Source: a virus
Lineage: Duplodnaviria > Caudoviricetes
Reading direction: 5' to 3' (one strand)
Virus record (IMG/VR): IMGVR_UViG_3300048606_000166
Span: 19,869 to 83,868 of that record
DNA length: 64,000 nucleotides
The notes beneath the pieces are model-generated. The model was not told the DNA's origin, did not search any database, and was given only the letters and a program-made list of their open reading frames with translations. Shown piece by piece: positions 57,455 to 64,000 of the stretch. The position numbers and the translations under genes are program-made. Numbering within the stretch: position 1 is the first letter of the stretch; each line of letters opens with the position of its first letter.

Positions 57455-58712
57455 GAAAAAGCTCCTGGGGGGACTGCGGACGAATGACCGAATGGTAGAT
57501 GAGGCGGCGCTTTCCGTCGGTCTGCGCGCTCGGCTCTCGACGACCAAAGAGGGTGTAGACCCCGCGGTACTTCATCGAGATGGCCTTCTCGGTCCATACC
57601 GTCGTCTCGATGAAGCTCCATTTGATGAGCATGCGCCGCTCGAATTGGCTGATGATGTGCGCCGACGTCGCCACGAGGGCGACGAGCTTCGAGAGGCGAC
57701 GCTCGCGCGAGACGCAGAAATCAGCGTGCACGTTGATGGTTTCATGCATGATGTAGATGACGCCCCCGACGAGCATGTCGTCGACGAAGACGAGGTAGTT
57801 CCACTTGCCCGGGGTGTGCCGAATCCCCTTTTGCATGTAGCGCTCTTTCAGGAAATTCATTTCCTCGGCCGTCGCCGGCACCATCTTCAGCACGCTCCTC
57901 TTGCCGATCTTCTCGGGCTCGATCGGACGGTAGCGGAACTTCGCCAGCTTGAATTCCTGCCGGGAATACGCGGAGCCGGCCGAGGCGAAAAGATAGAGCG
58001 GCTTCTTGCGCCCGAGCTGTTCGAACATCCCGACATGCGAGACGCCCGCGAGCTCGCGATCGGTGCCAACGCAGAAGGGCACGCTCGACGCTTCGAGTCC
58101 CTTCACCCAGTCGGCAAGCTCGGCCGGTTCCCAAGGCTCGGAAGGGGGCGGAGTCCACGAGATGGCCATATCGATGAGCCGAGGGAGCCGCTCCGGTCCC
58201 CGCGGAAACGCGATGATGGCGGCCTGCTTTCTCACGCCCTCGGCCGCGTGCTCGAGAAAGTCGCGCATGACGAACGCGTCGAGATGGAAGCTCTCGAGTA
58301 GCCGCAGAACGCGCTCGCGCGTGCGTTCGAGGTAGCCCGCAAAGTGTAGGCGGTAGTGGGCGAGGTGCGTTGCCGCGTGGTCGTTCTTCGCCAAGTGCTT
58401 CGACATCTGCCCGATGACGAGGAGCGCCGCGACGCGCCTCGCCCCGTCGTCGCCGACGAGCTCGTCGACGAACGCAAAGTCGTCCTTGAAGGTGAAGGGC
58501 AGGGTCGAGCCGGTCGCGCGCAGCGTGCCGAGCGCGCTCGTGACGAGCGAGACGTCGCTGCTTACGATCCGCCCCTTGGCGCCAAGCTGTTGACAGAGCT
58601 GCTCGATCAGAAAAGAGCCCGTCGCGCACACGTAGACGAGCGGCAGCTTCTCGAGCGGCAGCACCGTCGAAACCTGACGAAGGACATCCTTCGGTAGAGC
58701 GCCGGCGAACAT
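57378..58712 (-). CDS. Putative DNA-modification protein (methyltransferase-like N-terminus, Mom/GNAT-like C-terminus)
   Basis: VCATGSFLIEQ motif-I-like, RLSKLVALVATS and SMKYRG motifs; paired with a ParB-like gene next to terS. Confidence 0.55.
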   Translation of the reverse strand: MFAGALPKDVLRQVSTVLPLEKLPLVYVCATGSFLIEQLCQQLGAKGRIVSSDVSLVTSALGTLRATGSTLPFTFKDDFAFVDELVGDDGARRVAALLVIGQMSKHLAKNDHAATHLAHYRLHFAGYLERTRERVLRLLESFHLDAFVMRDFLEHAAEGVRKQAAIIAFPRGPERLPRLIDMAISWTPPPSEPWEPAELADWVKGLEASSVPFCVGTDRELAGVSHVGMFEQLGRKKPLYLFASAGSAYSRQEFKLAKFRYRPIEPEKIGKRSVLKMVPATAEEMNFLKERYMQKGIRHTPGKWNYLVFVDDMLVGGVIYIMHETINVHADFCVSRERRLSKLVALVATSAHIISQFERRMLIKWSFIETTVWTEKAISMKYRGVYTLFGRREPSAQTDGKRRLIYHSVIRPQSPQELFHEWFRNNASENAARRSQASRPRASA

Positions 58713-58718
58713 GGCGGC

Positions 58719-58949
58719 TTATGCCTCCCCCCTCGACGTGAGCGCGAGCCTCACGGCGCAGCCGAGCGCCTCGGCGTAGCGCCGCACCGAATCCTCGCGC
58801 AGCCGATAGCGGCCGCTTTCCATCCGCGAGACGAGCTCGGGCCGAACGCCCATCCTTCTCGAGACCTCACCGCGCGAGAGCTTGCGCCGCTCGCGCGCGC
58901 GCTGCAGATCTGCGGCAAAAGTGCCCGGCAGCGCGATGCCCGGCTTCAC
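58719..58949 (-). CDS. XRE-family HTH transcriptional regulator
   Basis: LQRARERRKLSRGEVSRRMGVRPELVSRMESG...YAEALG. Confidence 0.85.
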   Translation of the reverse strand: MKPGIALPGTFAADLQRARERRKLSRGEVSRRMGVRPELVSRMESGRYRLREDSVRRYAEALGCAVRLALTSRGEA

Positions 58950-59155
58950 TCGCCACCTCGAGCACTCGGGCAAGGGTCGGGCTGTCCGGGTACGCTGCCT
59001 GGCCTACATTCGCGCATGGCGATGCCGAGCGTCACGGAGGCGGCAAGAACTACGATCACCCACCCCCATTCGAGCAGGGTGCGGCCCTTCGCGGCGTCCT
59101 CGAGGGCGTCTATCGCGCGGGCCCTTGCCCGGTCGTGCTCTGGTTTCTCCTGCAT
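58946..59155 (-). CDS. Small single-TM protein
   Basis: WGWVIVVLAASVTLGIAM; start uncertain. Confidence 0.5.
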   Translation of the reverse strand: MQEKPEHDRARARAIDALEDAAKGRTLLEWGWVIVVLAASVTLGIAMRECRPGSVPGQPDPCPSARGGE

Positions 59156-59232
59156 GCCCCCTACCCGATCGAGACCGCTAACAGATTCGCCCATGGGCAC
59201 GCCAGTCACGGGGGGTGCACTATTTTCTCTTT

Positions 59233-59266
59233 CTCCCTTCAGCATTGGCGAATGCCGCCGTAGGGA
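59233..59266 (+). promoter_or_regulatory. Repeated early-type promoter/operator, degenerate copy 3
   Basis: CTCCC-TTCAGC-ATTGG...CCG-TAGGGA, 17-bp spacer; ATG 6 nt downstream. Confidence 0.6.
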
Positions 59267-59272
59267 TCAGGT

Positions 59273-59968
59273 ATGAATACGAAATCTGGTGTAACGGTCC
59301 TCGCCTCCATGCTCCTCTTCACCGCCATCGGTTGCGGCTCGCCCGACGCTGACATCAGCTCGAACGGCAAGCCCGGAGCCGCCGGCACGCAAGGCCCGGC
59401 CGGCCCCGCTGGCCCCGCCGGACCCAAAGGCGACACCGGCCCCGCCGGCACCAATGGCGGCAAAGACGGACTACCCGGTAAAGACGGCCTACCCGGCGCC
59501 ACCGGCGCGAACGGTAAGGACGGCCAGCCTGGCGCCATGGGCGCACCTGGTGCGCAAGGCCTCCCCGGCGCCCCGGGCGCCACCGGCATGAGCGGCATGA
59601 ACGGCGCCCCTGGTGCCCCCGGCGCCGCCGGCCCGAAAGGTGACCGCGGGCTGCAAGGCGCCGCCGGCACCGCCATCGCGCGAGACGCGATCTACGTCGT
59701 GCGCCAACAGATCATCGCGACCACCGGCGCGATGAGCGTCGCCGCCGCCTGCGCCGACGCGCAAGATGTGCTGCTCTCGGGATCCTGCACCGTGTCCAAC
59801 CCCGTCGACGTCATCATGTTCGGCGGCTACCCCCGCGGTTACGCGAACAATTACGGCGGCGCGCCGGACACTTCGATCCCGACGGCTTGGTACTGCGACG
59901 CGATGCACTCGTCGACGACCGGTAACGCCAGCGTCTCGGCCTTCGCGACGTGCCTCACCGTCAACTAA
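59273..59968 (+). CDS. Collagen-like lipoprotein
   Basis: Lipobox TAIG-C, about 34 Gly-X-Y triplets, Cys-containing C-terminal domain. Confidence 0.85.
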   Translation: MNTKSGVTVLASMLLFTAIGCGSPDADISSNGKPGAAGTQGPAGPAGPAGPKGDTGPAGTNGGKDGLPGKDGLPGATGANGKDGQPGAMGAPGAQGLPGAPGATGMSGMNGAPGAPGAAGPKGDRGLQGAAGTAIARDAIYVVRQQIIATTGAMSVAAACADAQDVLLSGSCTVSNPVDVIMFGGYPRGYANNYGGAPDTSIPTAWYCDAMHSSTTGNASVSAFATCLTVN

Positions 59969-60002
59969 TCTCCCTTGCGCATTGGCAGTCATACCGTAAG
60001 AT
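59969..60002 (+). promoter_or_regulatory. Repeated early-type promoter/operator, copy 4
   Basis: TCTCCC-TTGCGC-ATTGG...CCG-TAAGAT, 16-bp spacer. Confidence 0.72.
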
Positions 60003-60014
60003 AGAAGCACCCCC

Positions 60015-60635
60015 ATGAAGACAGGTTCATTTCGTACCTACGACGGCCCCGGCCGCGTCTCGATCGCGCGCTACGCCCGCGGCACGACCGCCGGCTTTCG
60101 CCTCTACCCGAAACTCGCGCCCGGCACCTGGTTCAAAACTGCGACCAAAGAAGAATACACCCGCCTTTACTTCGAGCAGCTCGACCGCCTCGACCCGAAG
60201 ACGGTCGTCGCCGAGCTCGAATCGCTCGCCGGCGGCAGCGAGCCCATCCTGATGTGCTGGGAGGTGCCGCCGTTCACCGAATCAAATTGGTGTCACCGCC
60301 GCATGGTCGCCGAGTGGCTCGCCGACAAGCTCGGCCTCGATGTGCCGGAGCTCGAGCCGAAAGCGCTCGCCCCTCGGCTCGCGATCCCTAAGCCGCAACA
60401 GGCGCTCGACTTCGGCACCGTCCAGCTCGAGGCTTTCCGCGAGGGAAAGTGGGAGGACGTTGTCGGCAAAGACGCGCCGACGCCGCTCGTCTTCGCGAGC
60501 GACGGTTACGCTACGGCCGCCATGGCGCGGCTCGACGAGCTCACCGAGCGCGGCCGCTACGCTGGCCTGCCGCTCCGGGTCAAGCTCACCGAGCGCGGCC
60601 GCTACGCTGGCCTGCCGCTCCGGGTCAAGCGTTGA
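60015..60635 (+). CDS. DUF488-family protein
   Basis: SIAR...KLAPG.WF...Y...Y..QL..LDP...LMCWE...WCHRRMVAEWL. Confidence 0.8.
   Translation: MKTGSFRTYDGPGRVSIARYARGTTAGFRLYPKLAPGTWFKTATKEEYTRLYFEQLDRLDPKTVVAELESLAGGSEPILMCWEVPPFTESNWCHRRMVAEWLADKLGLDVPELEPKALAPRLAIPKPQQALDFGTVQLEAFREGKWEDVVGKDAPTPLVFASDGYATAAMARLDELTERGRYAGLPLRVKLTERGRYAGLPLRVKR
60538..60630 (+). repeat. Exact 45-bp tandem duplication (LTERGRYAGLPLRVK x2)
   Basis: AGCTCACCGAGCGCGGCCGCTACGCTGGCCTGCCGCTCCGGGTCA occurs twice. Confidence 0.95.
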
Positions 60636-60871
60636 CCCCGCACGAGAAGCGCGAGCGCCTCATTGCCCACATCGAAGAGCTCTTGAAGGCGGTCGACACG
60701 GTCCGGAGCGACGTACGCGACCTCGAAGGAAAGAGCGCCGAGATGGCGACGCTCCGATCGGCGCGCATCGAAGATCTCGACCAGCTCCACAACGACGTCG
60801 AGTCGTGGCTCGTGACCCAGCGCGAGGTGCACCGATTCCTTACCTGCCACGAGCTCGAGAAGAAAAACTGA
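60632..60871 (+). CDS. Coiled-coil hypothetical protein
   Basis: TTGA-coupled to the DUF488 gene. Confidence 0.6.
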   Translation: MTPHEKRERLIAHIEELLKAVDTVRSDVRDLEGKSAEMATLRSARIEDLDQLHNDVESWLVTQREVHRFLTCHELEKKN

Positions 60872-60907
60872 AGGGCCCGAGCCGCTAGCGTGGCCCGGGC
60901 CCTTTTT
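60871..60907 (+). terminator. Intrinsic terminator
   Basis: AAGGGCCCGAGCC-loop-GGCCCGGGCCCTT followed by a T run. Confidence 0.8.
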
Positions 60908-60934
60908 CATGCTTGCTCGGTTTTTTTTCTGAGA

Positions 60935-61000
60935 GCGGCTAGGAGACTCGAACTCCCCACCGTCGGAGGTACCCGACGGGCCGGCCGGCCCGGACGCCGC
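60935..61000 (-). pseudogene. Degenerate tRNA-like element
   Basis: T-arm GGGAG-TTCGAGT-CTCCT, stem CCGTCGG-GTACCT-CCGACGG, partial acceptor GCGGC/GCCGC. Confidence 0.4.
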
Positions 61001-61202
61001 GAGATGTCGAGAGGACGTTACATGGCTCCATGAATTAGCGTCAACCTCGGCCCCGCGTGTCTTCCCCCCCGACGTATCAGGGGCACAACCGAAACTCCAC
61101 CCCCCGCGCCGTTTTCTCGCTCGCGAGACCTCGCCTCTTGCGGTAAGAACGTTGTCATGGAAGCGAAGCGGGGCGGCGCGCCGAGCGAGGCGGTGGCTTG
61201 AG

Positions 61203-61925
61203 ATGCTGCGCGCTCGCCCTGTCTTCCAAAGCGACGGACCGATCCCGCCGGACGCGCGTATCGAGCTCACGCGCCGATGCTTTGACGACGCCCTCGACTT
61301 CATTGCGATGGTGGTGCAAGGGGTACCCGACGCCGAGACGCGCGCGAATTACCGCGTCGTGCACGGGCTCTGTAAGCCAACCGGGCGCGAGGTCGTCTCG
61401 CACGCCTGGGTCGAGGTCAGCGACGCGGTCGTGATGGGCTTTCTCGTCAACGGCAAGCGCATGTTCCTCGCCGTGGCGGCCGACGACTTCGCGCGCCTCT
61501 ACCAGCCGTTCGACACGACCCGCTATTCGATAGCGCAAGCCGTCGCCGAGAACGATCGCTCTGGCCACTACGGCCCATGGGTCGAGCGCTACGACCAGGT
61601 GGCGACGCCGCACACCAAAGAGATCCTCGGCGACTGGAAGCTGCTCGGCATGACCGACCTCAACGACGAGGCCTTCTTCCGCCCGAGTCCCGAGCCGGCG
61701 GTGTTCGTAACCTTCACGGTGTTCAAGGACGTCAGCGACTTTCCAGGCAAGATCGTCGTGCGGCGCTTCGAGTCGCACGTCTCTTGGGGGCCCGAGGCGA
61801 GACCGACGCGTCACGCCCGTGTCGCTGATACGCTCGCCGAGGCGCGCGCTCTCTTGCCCGATGGCCTCGTGTGCACGGCGCGCGATCCGGAGGATTCGCC
61901 GACCGTTGTGGAGACGTGGCTATGA
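61203..61925 (+). CDS. Two-domain hypothetical protein
   Basis: VVHG...HAWVE N-terminal domain; SDFPGKIVVRRF...TLAEARALLP...DSPTVVETWL C-terminal domain. Confidence 0.7.
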   Translation: MLRARPVFQSDGPIPPDARIELTRRCFDDALDFIAMVVQGVPDAETRANYRVVHGLCKPTGREVVSHAWVEVSDAVVMGFLVNGKRMFLAVAADDFARLYQPFDTTRYSIAQAVAENDRSGHYGPWVERYDQVATPHTKEILGDWKLLGMTDLNDEAFFRPSPEPAVFVTFTVFKDVSDFPGKIVVRRFESHVSWGPEARPTRHARVADTLAEARALLPDGLVCTARDPEDSPTVVETWL

Positions 61926-62440
61926 GCGAAACTCCCGGCAAGTGCATAGGCGCCGACAACGCTCGCCCCTGCGATCGCACCGCGATGCCGAAGATGCATC
62001 TCTGCCTCGAGTGCATGACGGAGGCGAGCGGGTCGATGCCGCCCGACGCTTTCGTGCGACTGTTCGCGAAAGGCATCCGCGCCGGCCAATGCCGACTCGG
62101 GTGCGGCCGCGCGGCGGCGCCCGGCCAAGAGATGTGCGCGGACTGCTACCGCGATGTCGTTACCGGCGTGACGATGCCAGAGCCCGCGCCCGACAACGTG
62201 CGCAAGCTGCAGATCATCGAGGGCGGCAAGGGCCAGCCGGAAGGGCCGTGGACTCCCGGTAGGGTCGTCGACGAGCTGACCGGCTGGCTCCGCGATGGCA
62301 ACCTCACAGGAATCGTGATGATGGCGCGCCACGCGGACGGGTCACTCACCGTTCGCACGTCTGAGTTGCCGAAGGAGCTATCCCTGACGATGGCCGACCT
62401 CCTGCTGCACGTGATCCGCAAGAGCAACTTCGGGGTGTGA
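61922..62440 (+). CDS. Cys-rich hypothetical protein
   Basis: Multiple Cys pairs; ATGA-coupled. Confidence 0.65.
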   Translation: MSETPGKCIGADNARPCDRTAMPKMHLCLECMTEASGSMPPDAFVRLFAKGIRAGQCRLGCGRAAAPGQEMCADCYRDVVTGVTMPEPAPDNVRKLQIIEGGKGQPEGPWTPGRVVDELTGWLRDGNLTGIVMMARHADGSLTVRTSELPKELSLTMADLLLHVIRKSNFGV

Positions 62441-62946
62441 AGATGCGAGATGCATTGATGGGGGCCGCCATGGAGCGGCTGAGGCGCGCCATGGCGGCCT
62501 TCGGGACTCGCCATGGCATTCGGCTTGCCCACACGTTGCAACTGCCAGAGAAAGACTGGCCGCCACACACGTATGCCCTGAAGATTCTATGTGAGGAGAT
62601 TGACAGGTTAGACGCGGAATTGCGCGAATTGAAGAACCACTCAACGGAGAAGAAGGGACATGAAACGAAAGCGCGCGATGCCGTCGCGCGGGTGGTCGAT
62701 GGCCTCGGCACCTGGAAGTGCCACGCCTGCGGGGTCGAGCGCGAGAACCAATTCATTTCCGTCGCCCACCGCAAGGTCGAGATGCCGCGGCCGCCCGGGT
62801 CGGTCGTCCAGCTGAACGCTCGCTATTGCAACGATCGGCCCGAGTGCCTTCGCCGCGTGCCCGACGTGCTCGACGAGTGGGCCGCGCCGCTCATGCGAGA
62901 AAAGCAGGAGGGAGCGCTAGACCGAGATGGCCCGAGCGGTCCATAA
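62437..62946 (+). CDS. Hypothetical protein with Zn ribbon
   Basis: WKCHACG...RYCNDRPEC. Confidence 0.65.
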   Translation: MKMRDALMGAAMERLRRAMAAFGTRHGIRLAHTLQLPEKDWPPHTYALKILCEEIDRLDAELRELKNHSTEKKGHETKARDAVARVVDGLGTWKCHACGVERENQFISVAHRKVEMPRPPGSVVQLNARYCNDRPECLRRVPDVLDEWAAPLMREKQEGALDRDGPSGP

Positions 62947-62999
62947 GAGGACCAGGATCACGACGGCGAAGAGAATGAGAAGCCAGCGGTCGGGCGCGG

Positions 63000-63185
63000 T
63001 CACCGACGCCGCCGCACCCGTAGGTCGTCGAGGTCGAGAACACCGGCGAAGTCGAGCACCCAGAGGCAAATGCAGAGGACGATCACCACCTGAAAGACGC
63101 GCCGCACGCGCGCATCCTCGACGAGCGTCGAAAGGTAGAGGACCAAGAGCAGAACGAGCAGCGTGACGACCGACATTTGGTACAA
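63000..63185 (-). CDS. Small two-TM membrane protein
   Basis: Two hydrophobic helices with a basic C-terminus. Confidence 0.55.
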   Translation of the reverse strand: MYQMSVVTLLVLLLVLYLSTLVEDARVRRVFQVVIVLCICLWVLDFAGVLDLDDLRVRRRR

Positions 63186-63338
63186 CCCCCGAGCGAGTTT
63201 ACACCTTCCGCCAAAGGCCGAAGATGACGCGCCGCCATCGGCTGGTGTAGCCCCTGCCGCTGAACGTGATGGTGCGCCCCGCCTCGCCCCATTTCGTCCA
63301 CGCGAGGCACCCTAACCGCCACGCCGAGGGGCGATGCT

Positions 63339-63773
63339 TCACGTGCCGGCGGCGCCTTCGGGCGGTCGGGTTACGACAATCCGCGCGTCACCCGTGTCGA
63401 GCTCGGGATCCGTGACGCCAACCAGCGCGGCGTCGACCAGGCTGAAATTCCGAAGCAGGGTGTGCGAGCGCCAGAGCTCCACCGCCGCCACGCCCTCGGG
63501 CAAGTCGGACGGATGGGCCGCCGGATCGGGCCCGTCGGTAACAAGCTCGAAGCGGTCCGCGAAGCCGTCTGGATCGGCGCACCGCGGTCCTGTGTAGCCG
63601 TAGAGGGGCCGCACGCTTAGCGTCGCGTGCGCGTGCGAGTAGTAAAGAACCATCGGGTAGCCCGTCTCGTGATGGCGCACGATGCCGAGCGCGGTGTAGA
63701 GCCCGCCGGATTTGGTGTGCCGGTAAAGCCCGGGCCGGAACGTGACATCGCCCACCTGTCGAGTCGTCGTCAT
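63339..63773 (-). CDS. DUF1653-domain protein
   Basis: PGLYRHTKSGGLY...GIVRHHETG.PMVLY...SVRP...F...RFE. Confidence 0.78.
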   Translation of the reverse strand: MTTTRQVGDVTFRPGLYRHTKSGGLYTALGIVRHHETGYPMVLYYSHAHATLSVRPLYGYTGPRCADPDGFADRFELVTDGPDPAAHPSDLPEGVAAVELWRSHTLLRNFSLVDAALVGVTDPELDTGDARIVVTRPPEGAAGT

Positions 63774-63834
63774 GGCAGCGGATAAAGCCGGCCGGGGGGA
63801 GCGGATGTCGAGAACTTTTTTCGGGCCGCGACAC

Positions 63835-63871
63835 ATTCTCCCTTGTGCATTGGCGTATTGAACCGTAGGGT
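63835..63871 (+). promoter_or_regulatory. Repeated early-type promoter/operator, copy 5
   Basis: ATTCTCCC-TTGTGC-ATTGG...CCG-TAGGGT, 17-bp spacer. Confidence 0.8.
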
Positions 63872-63980
63872 ATAGCAAGAGAGCGGAGGTGGCGTCGCCC
63901 GGACGGAAGGGCGCGGCGGGCGGAGAACCAATCGGCGCACGCGCCCACATGTCAGAGGGACAGCATGTCGATTTTGCGCT

Positions 63981-64000
63981 GATTCTCCCTTGTGCATTGG
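63981..64000 (+). promoter_or_regulatory. Repeated early-type promoter/operator, copy 6 (truncated by window edge)
   Basis: GATTCTCCCTTGTGCATTGG, identical to 49785-49804. Confidence 0.75.

Noticed and set aside
49785-64000. CRISPR array or mini-array made of the CCCTTGTGCATTGG repeats
   Set aside because: Copies are dispersed over kilobases, fit -35/-10 spacing and have no regular spacers; no cas genes

Overview
A 64-kb, high-GC slice of a tailed dsDNA phage or prophage with a contractile tail. No host housekeeping genes, integrase or att site are visible, so temperate versus lytic cannot be decided. A Gram-negative, probably myxobacterial (Polyangiaceae-like) host is inferred from GC content, lipoproteins and protein style, and is not proven. 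The minus strand carries a nearly complete virion and lysis programme. It runs from a ParB-like/DNA-modification pair, terS and terL through portal, Mu-F, a split XkdF-type protease, capsid, neck, sheath, tube, chaperone with a predicted -1 frameshift, tape measure, eCIS/T4-like baseplate and a modular tail fibre to a multi-enzyme lysis cassette. The plus strand carries sbcD/sbcC-like genes, a BrnT/BrnA toxin-antitoxin pair and blocks of small early-type genes, one of them inserted between terL and portal. RNA genes are tRNA-Cys(GCA), tRNA-Asn(GTT), an initiator-tRNA-derived gene with a CGT anticodon and a degenerate tRNA-like element. The most striking non-coding signals are two families of repeated promoter motifs and a pervasive leaderless gene architecture (-10 hexamer 5-7 nt before the start codon). 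All protein family calls come from motif recognition by eye; no database search was run.
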